A stretch of 64,000 bases of DNA. Origin: an uncultured Chloroflexia bacterium (GTDB lineage: Bacteria > Chloroflexota > Chloroflexia > QHBQ01 > JADMIH01). Every line of letters begins with the position of its first letter. Position 1 is the first letter of the stretch. Shown in pieces: positions 19,563 to 27,828 of the stretch. The position numbers and the translations under genes were made by a program. The notes beneath the pieces are model-generated. The model searched no databases. It was not told the DNA's origin and saw only the letters and a program-made list of their open reading frames with translations. The stretch covers positions 416,001 through 480,000 of the forward strand of contig CAWCNY010000003.1 of the NCBI GenBank assembly GCA_963797095.1. The letters run 5' to 3'.

Positions 19563-19735
19563 GTCGGGTAAGGAGACGGCGTTGCCGCCGCCTCCTGCCC
19601 TAAGAACTGCTCGTGCTACTTTCGCAGCAAGCAGCTCAAGCCTTTCGCTCGCCCCTTTCAGGACGCGGTTTCGCTACCTCTAACCCTTGACTATGCACTT
19701 GCCGGTGGCAGTTGGGATGCACCAACACTCGGTTT
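19563..19735 (-). mobile_element. Second group II intron 3' remnant
   Basis: 173 bp near-identical to 8726-8898, one mismatch seen; cut by the ISAs1-type end. Confidence 0.9.
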
Positions 19736-19813
19736 GCAATCGCCCTGCCTGGCTTGCCCGCTTTTGCAACATTCCATTATGAAATAGACACGAGGGATAC
19801 GGCCACTGCATTA

Positions 19814-19841
19814 TTGACAGGTGGTGGTTAGGGGCTATAAT
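19814..19841 (+). promoter_or_regulatory. Sigma70 promoter
   Basis: TTGACA-N16-TATAAT upstream of the SLH gene. Confidence 0.7.
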
Positions 19842-19899
19842 TAGAAAGCTATCTAACTTCCTCGCACAATGGAATTGCGTACCAGATCGGAGTTTAGCT

Positions 19900-22221
19900 A
19901 TGAACAAAACAGCGCGTATCTTACTTTCGGCAATGTCGCTCATAATTGCCGGGTTAATAATATGGCTGGGCCAGCGCACTACAAGCGCCGCCACACCCGA
20001 TGCCATTACCCTCACCAACCCAGCACCCAACACTACAATCCCCGAATCGGATGACTACGCTACACAGGTCCTCAACGACCCCTGGGACATGAACAACCTG
20101 AACGACGTGGATCAGCCATACCATGTGACCAATTGGGGCGTGGATAACGGCATCTGGTCGGGCACCACCACAGGACCTGCCAACACAGCATCTGTCTTCT
20201 TCCAATACCAGAATTACACTACTTCCTACTCCTATCTTGGAGAAGATGACGGCGTCAACAATCCCATCGACTCCAACAGATACAGCAGGCTTCTGGTGCG
20301 CATGTACAGTTCGGCAGACGACCGCTCGGTGGTCTACTTCTTCAAGCATTACACTTATACACCCGCCGGCAACTCTAACATCATACCAGTCTCGGCAGGC
20401 TGGCACATCTACTCGGTCGATTTGCGCGCAACCGGGGGCGGAGGCAGCGGTACCTGGACCGGCAATGGCCCCTATGAGGGCTTCCGCTTCGATCCTCCCT
20501 CACCTGCCGCCGGCACTCAGGTGCAACTTGACTGGGCGCGCCTCACCCCCGACCAGGGCACTCCCGTTCGCATTACATGGACCGCCTCTGGAGGCGGCAA
20601 CGTCAATCTCTACCTGAGCTACAGCTCCACAGCCAACGACGACAATGAATACCTGATAGCCACCACATCATCAACAGCAGGCGCGTATACGTGGTATACC
20701 ACCGGAATGACCCCAGGCTCCTACTACATCCACGCCGAGTTGAACGGCTCATGGAGCTCAATCGGCCCGTTGATTGTAGGCCAGGCCCCTCTGGTGCGCA
20801 TAGATGCCCCGGGCCCGCTATCCGGCGAAGAGTACGCGTACGCTGTCAAAGCCGCAGGCTGGGATGGCAACTATCCCAACCAGTTTGAAGCTGTTTCCCA
20901 TATCAACAACCTTACCTTTGCGGCCGACGGCATCAGGGGAGTACCTGCCACCGGCGATCCCCAGATGTACTGGCTGAACCGTGATTTGTCCAACCCCATC
21001 GACGCCAGTAAGTATCACTACTTCAACATCAGGTTCTTGCTCAGTCCACCCGCGGTACGACCGTACTCGCCGTACAACGCAGGTACTCGCCTCCTGTGGA
21101 GCACAAGCAATAACAACGTCATCACCACCAAGATCATCCTCGCACCTTACAACAGATGGATCGACGCCGCCTATGATTTGCGCCAGATCCAACAAGCCAA
21201 CGGCAACCCAAGCAACTGGGGAGGCACCATAACTACTTTCAGATTCGATCCTCTTGAAGAAGACGACCTTTACGGCGAGCCTACCGCTTTGCCTGCGGGC
21301 TTCTGGATTCAGGAGGCCCACCTCACAGCCGACCCTGTGGCGGGCTATATAGGCGGCCCCTCAAGCGGGCTGGTGGGCACGCTGATCAGATGGACTCCCC
21401 TGCAAGGTACAGGTACGCTCAACATCTATGGCGAAGCTGCCAGCAACGGCGCTAGCGATCAGAAAGGCTCCAGTCCTGAGGCATTCCTCATCGCCAGCAA
21501 CGTCCCGATGGAGCAGGGCCAGTACCTGTGGGATGCCAGCAATATAGCTCCCGGCACCTACCGAATATATGCCGATGTCAGCAATGGCAGAAACGCCAGC
21601 CGCGCCAACGCCCTTGCACCCATCGTAGTCAACCGCCAGCAGCCCGCCAGCCTCTTCAACGATGTGCCAAGCAACCTGTGGGCCGTGGACTTTATCAGCC
21701 GTCTGGCCCGGCTCGGTATCATCGGTGGCAACCGGCAGCCCGATACGACAATCCTCTTCAAGCCTAACAGCACGGCTACCCGCGCCCAGTTGAGCAAGAT
21801 GGTGGTGCTGGCTGCCGGCTGGACCCTCCTTAACCCAACCACGCCTACCTTCAGAGACGTAGCGCGGGGCAGCACCTTCTACCAGTATGTTGAGACGGCA
21901 GCTAACCACGGCGTTATCAATGGTTACGATTGCGGCGGCGCCGGCGAGCCTTGCCCCGGTCGCTACTTCCGACCTGGCAATAACGTCACCCGCGCCCAAA
22001 CAACCAAGATGGTTGCGATCGCGTTTAATTTCCCCGATAACACCTCAGGTGGTCCTCACTTCAACGACGTAGCCCCAGGTTCAACCTTCTACAACACCGT
22101 CGAAACTCTGTATAACCTGGGCATCATCAACGGCTATGATGATGGTTCATTCCGCCCCAACAACAACGTCACCCGCGCCCAGTTGAGCAAGATGATCTCG
22201 CTGTCTCTGGATGTGCACTAA
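19900..22221 (+). CDS. Secreted S-layer homology (SLH) domain protein
   Basis: Signal/TM N-terminus; three C-terminal SLH repeats (F.DV...G.I.G...F.P....TRAQ..KM). Confidence 0.88.
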   Translation: MNKTARILLSAMSLIIAGLIIWLGQRTTSAATPDAITLTNPAPNTTIPESDDYATQVLNDPWDMNNLNDVDQPYHVTNWGVDNGIWSGTTTGPANTASVFFQYQNYTTSYSYLGEDDGVNNPIDSNRYSRLLVRMYSSADDRSVVYFFKHYTYTPAGNSNIIPVSAGWHIYSVDLRATGGGGSGTWTGNGPYEGFRFDPPSPAAGTQVQLDWARLTPDQGTPVRITWTASGGGNVNLYLSYSSTANDDNEYLIATTSSTAGAYTWYTTGMTPGSYYIHAELNGSWSSIGPLIVGQAPLVRIDAPGPLSGEEYAYAVKAAGWDGNYPNQFEAVSHINNLTFAADGIRGVPATGDPQMYWLNRDLSNPIDASKYHYFNIRFLLSPPAVRPYSPYNAGTRLLWSTSNNNVITTKIILAPYNRWIDAAYDLRQIQQANGNPSNWGGTITTFRFDPLEEDDLYGEPTALPAGFWIQEAHLTADPVAGYIGGPSSGLVGTLIRWTPLQGTGTLNIYGEAASNGASDQKGSSPEAFLIASNVPMEQGQYLWDASNIAPGTYRIYADVSNGRNASRANALAPIVVNRQQPASLFNDVPSNLWAVDFISRLARLGIIGGNRQPDTTILFKPNSTATRAQLSKMVVLAAGWTLLNPTTPTFRDVARGSTFYQYVETAANHGVINGYDCGGAGEPCPGRYFRPGNNVTRAQTTKMVAIAFNFPDNTSGGPHFNDVAPGSTFYNTVETLYNLGIINGYDDGSFRPNNNVTRAQLSKMISLSLDVH

Positions 22222-22233
22222 TCGAAACTCCGT

Positions 22234-22273
22234 AATAACAAGAGGCCAGCCACACAGCTGGCCTCTTGTTATT
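22234..22273 (+). terminator. Intrinsic terminator hairpin
   Basis: AATAACAAGAGGCCAGC / GCTGGCCTCTTGTTATT. Confidence 0.75.
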
Positions 22274-22299
22274 CTACCTCCTGATCTCAATGCGTCTTG

Positions 22300-22334
22300 C
22301 GATGTATTGACAAACATCGATATAGTGCTATAAT
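22300..22334 (+). promoter_or_regulatory. ars promoter with overlapping ArsR-type operator
   Basis: TTGACA-N16-TATAAT; ATTGA-N6-TCGAT box, similar inverted box at about 22741-22758; ATG starts 7 nt after the -10. Confidence 0.65.
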
Positions 22335-22340
22335 AGGCAC

Positions 22341-22712
22341 ATGGCAAGCGTAAAATCACAGCTAGACCCCCAAAGCATCATCCCTCTAGCTCAGGTGGAT
22401 AGTTGCTGCGTGGCTCCCGTCCGGATCGACACCGCCGAATTGGCCCCGCAGGTCAAGCTTCTCTCGGCCCTTGCCGACCCTACCCGCCTCGGTATCGTTG
22501 CTATGCTCTCCAAGTGTGATGAACCCTTGTGTGTATGCGAGATCGTAGACGGCTTCAACCTGGGCCAGCCTACCATCTCACACCATCTGAGATTACTTCG
22601 CGAGGCTGGGCTCATCGACTGCGAAAAGCGCGGCCTGTGGGTCCATTATTGGCTCAAGCGAGAGGCATTGCAGGAGATCGCAGGCTACCTGACCGGCCTC
22701 TCCTCCCCCTAA
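22341..22712 (+). CDS. arsR: ArsR family repressor
   Basis: ALADPTRL, LCVCEI, QPTISHHLRLLREAGL; N-terminal CC. Confidence 0.9.
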   Translation: MASVKSQLDPQSIIPLAQVDSCCVAPVRIDTAELAPQVKLLSALADPTRLGIVAMLSKCDEPLCVCEIVDGFNLGQPTISHHLRLLREAGLIDCEKRGLWVHYWLKREALQEIAGYLTGLSSP

Positions 22713-22772
22713 CCCTACGCTCTCTTTTTTTGCCCAGTAAATCGAAAAACTTCAATATAGGAGGCGATCAAA

Positions 22773-23651
22773 ATGACTAATGTGCAATGGATGGACAAAC
22801 AAGCGATAAGAGAACAGGTCAGAGAGCGCTACAGCGAGGCCGCACGCCGGGTGACCGCCGGTGAAGGCGGGTGCTGTGGAGCAGACGATGGCTGTTGCTC
22901 CACAAGCGCCGGCATAAGTGCCAGTGCCATTACCTCCAATCTCTATACAAGCGAAGAAGCAGGACAGGTGCCCGTCGAGGCCTTCCTAGCCTCCCTCGGC
23001 TGCGGCAACCCCACCGCCCTCGCCCGCCTCAACCCCGGCGAAACCGTGCTAGACCTCGGCTCAGGCGGCGGTATCGACGTACTCCTGTCGGCCCGCCGTG
23101 TGGGCCCCACAGGTTTCGCCTACGGCCTCGATATGACCGACGAAATGCTGGCCCTCGCCGAAAAGAATCGCCAGGAAGCAGGAGTAACAAACGTCCAGTT
23201 CCTCAAAGGCTACATCGAAAGCATCCCTCTGCCCGACAACTCGGTAGACGTGATTATCTCCAACTGCGTGATCAACCTCGCCGCCGACAAGCGCCCTGTC
23301 CTGCGCGAGGCGTTCCGCGTTCTCAAGCCCGGTGGGCGATTCGCGGTGTCCGACGTTGTGGTGCAAGGCAGCGCCCCCGAGTCGATAGTCAAAAGCATGG
23401 AAATGTGGACAGGGTGCATCGCGGGCGCCCTCCACGAGGACGAATACAAACGCTTACTGGCCGAATCGGGTTTCACCGGCATCGGCATAGAGGTCACACG
23501 CCGCTACTCAACCGACGATATGGAGGGCTGGAGCAACAACGAAGATGCCTGTTGCGGCGGCCCAGCCATCTCTCTCAGCAGCGCCGACCTTGAGAAAGCC
23601 GGGGGCCTCTTCGTCAGCGCCTTCGTTCGAGCCGTCAAGCCGCTCAAATAG
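22773..23651 (+). CDS. arsM: Arsenite S-adenosylmethionine methyltransferase
   Basis: SLGCGNP, LDLGSGGG.D, SNCVINL, WTGCIAGA. Confidence 0.93.
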   Translation: MTNVQWMDKQAIREQVRERYSEAARRVTAGEGGCCGADDGCCSTSAGISASAITSNLYTSEEAGQVPVEAFLASLGCGNPTALARLNPGETVLDLGSGGGIDVLLSARRVGPTGFAYGLDMTDEMLALAEKNRQEAGVTNVQFLKGYIESIPLPDNSVDVIISNCVINLAADKRPVLREAFRVLKPGGRFAVSDVVVQGSAPESIVKSMEMWTGCIAGALHEDEYKRLLAESGFTGIGIEVTRRYSTDDMEGWSNNEDACCGGPAISLSSADLEKAGGLFVSAFVRAVKPLK

Positions 23652-23685
23652 AGCACACAAACGCATTGCAAAGGAGGTGACAACC

Positions 23686-23754
23686 ATGACAACCACCGAC
23701 AAATGCCCATGCCCGTGCGACTGCGATGTATGCGGCCCATGCGATTGCTGCTAG
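23686..23754 (+). CDS. 22-aa Cys-rich peptide, metallothionein-like
   Basis: AAGGAGGTG RBS, then MTTTDKCPCPCDCDVCGPCDCC*. Confidence 0.65.
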   Translation: MTTTDKCPCPCDCDVCGPCDCC

Positions 23755-23829
23755 GCCCACTTGAGCAGAGAGTCCACTCTGATGCACAGGTGGACTCTCT
23801 GCTAACATACCAGCATCAAAACAAAAGCA

Positions 23830-24384
23830 ATGTCTACATTTCTCACCACAATCGAACCCGCCAATCCAGGCGATCTCCCCGCCATCCTCAACCTGTTGGC
23901 GCAAAGCGGCCTCCCCACCGAAGGTCTCAGCAATCACCTTGATACAACGCTGGTGGCCCGCGAAGGCAACAAGTTGGTGGGTAGTGCAGCCCTCGAAGTT
24001 TACGGCGGCGCCGCCCTCCTGCGCTCGGTCGCCGTTGAGCAACGCCTAAGAGGGCACGGCCTGGGCCATCGCCTGGCACAAGCGGCCCTCACCTACGCCC
24101 GAACTCTTGACATCAAGCATATCTACCTCCTGACCGAAACAGCAGCCGACTTCTTCCCGCGCTTCGGCTTCCACCCGATCACCAGGGCAGACGTGCCCCT
24201 ATCTATCCGCCAATCAGTAGAATTCACAACCGCCTGCCCCGACACCGCCGTAGCAATGACCACCCAACTACAGCAACGGCCAATAAACAACAGAAAGAAC
24301 CAGGAACCCGGAACTCGGAACTCGGAACTACCCCCCACCCCATGCAAGCAAGACCCGCAACCCCCCATGACGCCCAGGCAATAG
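23830..24384 (+). CDS. arsN2: ArsN2 family GNAT acetyltransferase
   Basis: ALLRSVAV..RGHGLG, YLLTETAADFF.RFGF, S.EF...CP; ars context. Confidence 0.82.
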   Translation: MSTFLTTIEPANPGDLPAILNLLAQSGLPTEGLSNHLDTTLVAREGNKLVGSAALEVYGGAALLRSVAVEQRLRGHGLGHRLAQAALTYARTLDIKHIYLLTETAADFFPRFGFHPITRADVPLSIRQSVEFTTACPDTAVAMTTQLQQRPINNRKNQEPGTRNSELPPTPCKQDPQPPMTPRQ

Positions 24385-24836
24385 CCCGCATCTACAACCA
24401 GGGCATCGAAGACCGCATAGCCACCTTCGAAACCCGCCTCCGTACGGCTGACGACATCCTCTCCTGGTTCGACGGCGTCCACCCTATCACCGTAGTCGAA
24501 GACAACGGCGAAGTGATTGCTTTTGCCTCCACTTCCACCTACCGCCCGCGAGATTGCTATGCAGGCATCGCCGAGTACTCCTTCTACGTGGCCCGCGAGC
24601 ACCGTGGACGGGGAGCTGGAGGCCTAGTCCTCCAAAGCCTGATCGAAGCGGCCGAGCAAGCCGGGTTCTGGAAGCTCGTGTCACGAATCTTCCCCGAGAA
24701 CAAAGCCAGCCTGCACCTCTCCCGCAGCCTCGGCTTCCGCGAGGTCGGCATCTACGAAAAACACGGCAAGCTCGATGGCACCTGGCGCGACGTAGTGATC
24801 GTAGAACTCCTACTTGACAACAACCTGACCTCATGA
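24342..24836 (+). CDS. arsN1: ArsN1 family (arsinothricin/phosphinothricin) N-acetyltransferase
   Basis: IYNQGIEDRIATFET, YRPRDCYAGI, KLVSRIFPEN.AS, HGKLDG.WRDV. Confidence 0.85.
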   Translation: MQARPATPHDAQAIARIYNQGIEDRIATFETRLRTADDILSWFDGVHPITVVEDNGEVIAFASTSTYRPRDCYAGIAEYSFYVAREHRGRGAGGLVLQSLIEAAEQAGFWKLVSRIFPENKASLHLSRSLGFREVGIYEKHGKLDGTWRDVVIVELLLDNNLTS

Positions 24837-24880
24837 TATACTTCAAATTAGATTGATGCAATTTAGTTTGGAGGAATATC

Positions 24881-25681
24881 ATGGCTACAACTATCGCTCT
24901 CCATGAGCCACCCACGCTGCTGAAGCTACTCGCCAACGACGTAAGATGGACCGTCCTATCGGCCCTGGCTCGCAGTGATTATCGCGTTCAGGAACTGGCA
25001 GGCATGGTAAGTCAGCCCCTGAATCTCGTCTCGTACCACCTGAAAAAACTGCGCGACGAGCGCTTGGTGCGCGAGCACCGCAGTGGGGCCGACGCCAGGG
25101 ATATCTACTACAGCCTCGATCACCCACGGTTGAACGAGATGTTCTTTGCGGCAGGTCGCGCACTGCACATCTCCGAAAGCGCCCCCGACCCCACCGAAAC
25201 CTCTACGGAACAATCCCAGAGCAAGGACCACAAGTCCCTCAGAGTGCTTTTCCTCTGCACCCACAACAGCGCACGCTCGCAACTGGCCGAGGGCATCCTG
25301 CGCAAAATAGGGGGCGACGAGGTTGAAGTATTCAGCGCTGGCACCGAGCCTTCCAGGGTTCACCCCGACGCGATCCGTGCGGCGGCCAGCATCGGCATCG
25401 ACATTAGCGGCCAAAGATCGAAGCATCTCGATGAATACCGGGACCAGCAATTCGATTATATGGTCACCGTATGCGACCGCGCCCGCGAGTTGTGCCCCAT
25501 CTTCCCCGGCGACCCCGTGAAAATGCACTGGAGCTTCCCCGATCCCGCCGCCATAGAGGACCCTGACAAGCGATACCAGGCCTTCCTCAGAACCGCCTCC
25601 GAGCTACGCATCCGCGCGCAGTACCTCCTGCAAATCATGGAGCACGACCGGCGCGAAAGCGCACACAACGCGCACAAGTGA
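24881..25681 (+). CDS. ArsR-HTH / ArsC (LMW-PTP type arsenate reductase) fusion
   Basis: N-terminal wHTH (VSYHLKKLR); CTHNSARS, TVCDRARELCP, HWSFPDP; TCAA-N6-TTGA box at about 24843-24856. Confidence 0.88.
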   Translation: MATTIALHEPPTLLKLLANDVRWTVLSALARSDYRVQELAGMVSQPLNLVSYHLKKLRDERLVREHRSGADARDIYYSLDHPRLNEMFFAAGRALHISESAPDPTETSTEQSQSKDHKSLRVLFLCTHNSARSQLAEGILRKIGGDEVEVFSAGTEPSRVHPDAIRAAASIGIDISGQRSKHLDEYRDQQFDYMVTVCDRARELCPIFPGDPVKMHWSFPDPAAIEDPDKRYQAFLRTASELRIRAQYLLQIMEHDRRESAHNAHK

Positions 25682-26346
25682 ACGCCGACCTCTGGAGACG
25701 GGCCGGTGCCGAGTTTGCCGGTACATACGCATTAGTAACAGCAGGATGCGGCGCGATCACGGTCGATTCGCTCACGGGCGCGTTAGGCCACCTGGGCGTG
25801 GCGCTCGTGTTCGGCCTGATCATCACAGTCATGGTCGCCTCAACAGGCCATCTATCGGGCGCGCACTTCAACCCCTCCGTCACTCTCGCTTTCGCCCTCA
25901 TCCGCCACTTCCCCCTGCGCACTGTTCCCCTCTACATCGGCAGCCAGCTTGCCGGGGCCATAGCGGGCGCGCTCACCTTGCAGCTAATCTTCGGGCCGGT
26001 GGCCGCCCTCGGCGCGACCGTTCCAGCAGGCTCGGCCTGGCAAGCCCTGGCCCTCGAAACACTCCTTACCGCCGTCCTGATGTACGTGATCACAGCAGTC
26101 GCCACAGACACACGGGCCGTAGGCGAACTGGCAGCCATAGCCATCGGCGCGACGATTGCCCTCGACGCGCTGTGGGCAGGCCCCATAACCGGTGCCTCCA
26201 TGAACCCCGCCCGATCCCTCGGACCTGCCCTCATCTCAGGAGAGTGGCGCGACCACTGGGTCTATTGGCTAGGTCCAATAGCAGGCGCGATGCTCGGTGC
26301 CGGAGTGTACGGGTTACTCCGTGGCGCGAACAACAATAAGCAATAA
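25678..26346 (+). CDS. MIP/aquaporin channel, probable arsenite conduit
   Basis: SGAHFNPSVT and GASMNPARSLGP. Confidence 0.9.
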   Translation: MNADLWRRAGAEFAGTYALVTAGCGAITVDSLTGALGHLGVALVFGLIITVMVASTGHLSGAHFNPSVTLAFALIRHFPLRTVPLYIGSQLAGAIAGALTLQLIFGPVAALGATVPAGSAWQALALETLLTAVLMYVITAVATDTRAVGELAAIAIGATIALDALWAGPITGASMNPARSLGPALISGEWRDHWVYWLGPIAGAMLGAGVYGLLRGANNNKQ

Positions 26347-26369
26347 ACCATGATCAAGCGTGACGAAGT

Positions 26370-26507
26370 GTCATCCCGAATCTAAAATTCGGGTTCGCAG
26401 GCGCACAATCTGGTTCTAAAACGAATAAAATCTTGGGGAGGGGTTGGGGTGGGGTCTTTGGTCGTCTCCAATCTGTTTCACGCAAGGATCTAAAATTCGG
26501 GATGACT
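26370..26507. repeat. Partial copy of the dispersed palindromic repeat family
   Basis: TTCGCAGGCG..CAATCTGGTTCTAAAA and GGGGTTGGGGTGGGGTC are shared with 33535-33678. Confidence 0.65.
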
Positions 26508-26856
26508 CATAGACACAACTACCCACCAACCAAACTAACCCACAACAAGGAGACCATTCAAAATCGGAGGCTAGAAGTCTCCTCTCCCACGGGTCCACGA
26601 GTTAGGCCGCTTGCCTCTGTACTTCGATTTCCTCCCTCCCATCCTGCTTCATCTCTGCGTACCATCCGCAGAATGTCTGTCTCAGATCATCATTTTGTAC
26701 CTGCATTCGTACCTGCATCAGCTGGTGCGCTCCTGGTTTGGTCCTGTTCTGGCTACTTGCCCCATCCGCACCTGAAAATGCCTGTCAACGAGCCGAGGAT
26801 GCGATTTCCGCGCACTGCAGGTTATCTGAGTGAATAGTGAATACGACTGCTTGCGC

Positions 26857-26885
26857 TTGACCGGTGTATAGACAAAGTCTATACT
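26857..26885 (+). promoter_or_regulatory. Promoter with palindromic operator upstream of brnT
   Basis: TTGACC-N17-TATACT; GTATAGAC-AAA-GTCTATAC. Confidence 0.6.
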
Positions 26886-26968
26886 TTATGGTAACCGACC
26901 CCACTGCCTGTACCGTAACTGGCAGGTCAGACAGGTCAGACAGGTCACAGGTGAGAACCTGAGAAACG

Positions 26969-27238
26969 ATGGAGTACCTACGTTTCGAGTGGGGCGAGCA
27001 GAATCTGGAACACATCGCCCGGCACGACGTCGATCCCGATGAAGCAGAGGCCACTATCGATAACTACCCCCTGATCCTACGGACCGCCGACGACAAGTAC
27101 CTGGCCTATGGCCAGACTGACGAGGACCGCTTCCTCCTCGTTGTGTTTATCCGCAAGCCTGGGCAACGTGTTCGGGTGATTACGGCCCGAGAGTTGACAG
27201 AAGGTGAGAAGAAACAATACCGAAGGAGACGCAAATAA
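26969..27238 (+). CDS. BrnT family toxin
   Basis: FEW...N..HI.RH, G.T...R.L.VVF, RVITAR...EKKQY. Confidence 0.85.
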   Translation: MEYLRFEWGEQNLEHIARHDVDPDEAEATIDNYPLILRTADDKYLAYGQTDEDRFLLVVFIRKPGQRVRVITARELTEGEKKQYRRRRK

Positions 27239-27239
27239 G

Positions 27240-27539
27240 ATGCCAAATAGAGTGCCGAAATTGCAATTACCCAGCTTTGCTAATGAGCAGGAAGCCGCCG
27301 AATGGTTTGATGCTCATGATACTGCTCCGTATATGGACCAACTGGAAGAGGTGCAGGAGCAGATCGCTGTGACCCGCTCCAACCCGACCAAAAAACCGGT
27401 AGGGCTGCGGCTTCGCAGTGACTATCTACAGGCGATCAAGCAAGTCGCCCAGAGAAAAGGTATCCCTTATCAAACGCTTATCCAGATGTGGTTGGTGGAG
27501 AAATTGAGGCAAGAAGCTCCGGAGCTGCTCCGGCGATAG
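27240..27539 (+). CDS. BrnA/CopG-like antitoxin
   Basis: PSFANEQEAAEWFD.HD, LRL, A..KGIPYQTLIQMW. Confidence 0.82.
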   Translation: MPNRVPKLQLPSFANEQEAAEWFDAHDTAPYMDQLEEVQEQIAVTRSNPTKKPVGLRLRSDYLQAIKQVAQRKGIPYQTLIQMWLVEKLRQEAPELLRR

Positions 27540-27722
27540 TGTGGCGCTCATCTCGGTCCATATAGTGGTCCTCACAGCCCTCATCACCCTCACTATGGTT
27601 GCGATTTTCGATTCCACATGCTACAGGGTCGGGCATCTAATCACGGCGCAGCAGATTTGGAGCAGATGTGGAATAGATTTGGAGCTGGAACTTGACATTC
27701 AACATTCGCCAAAAGGTGTTTG

Positions 27723-27826
27723 GTGACAACTCCCCACGGCTAAAGCCGGCGGCTTCTAGGCCGAAACCGGAGATTGTTGCCCCAATCTCAAAATATTCCG
27801 AGCCCTAGCAAGTGTAGTTCCGGTGT
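27723..27826 (-). mobile_element. Isolated IS200/IS605 right-end remnant
   Basis: AGAAGCCGCCGGCTTTAGCCGTGGGGAGTTGTCAC on the minus strand. Confidence 0.7.
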
Positions 27827-27828
27827 CT

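Larger units (their letters stand above)
8667..19747. mobile_element. Non-autonomous composite island with ISAs1-type ends
   Basis: CAGGGCGATTGCA at 8667-8679, its reverse complement at 19735-19747, and direct repeat CCTGGCTTGC at 8657-8666 and 19748-19757. Confidence 0.85.

Noticed and set aside
8726-19735. DGR template/variable repeat pair
   Set aside because: The repeat is intron DV/DVI sequence, the single mismatch seen is C/G rather than adenine-specific, and there is no intact RT
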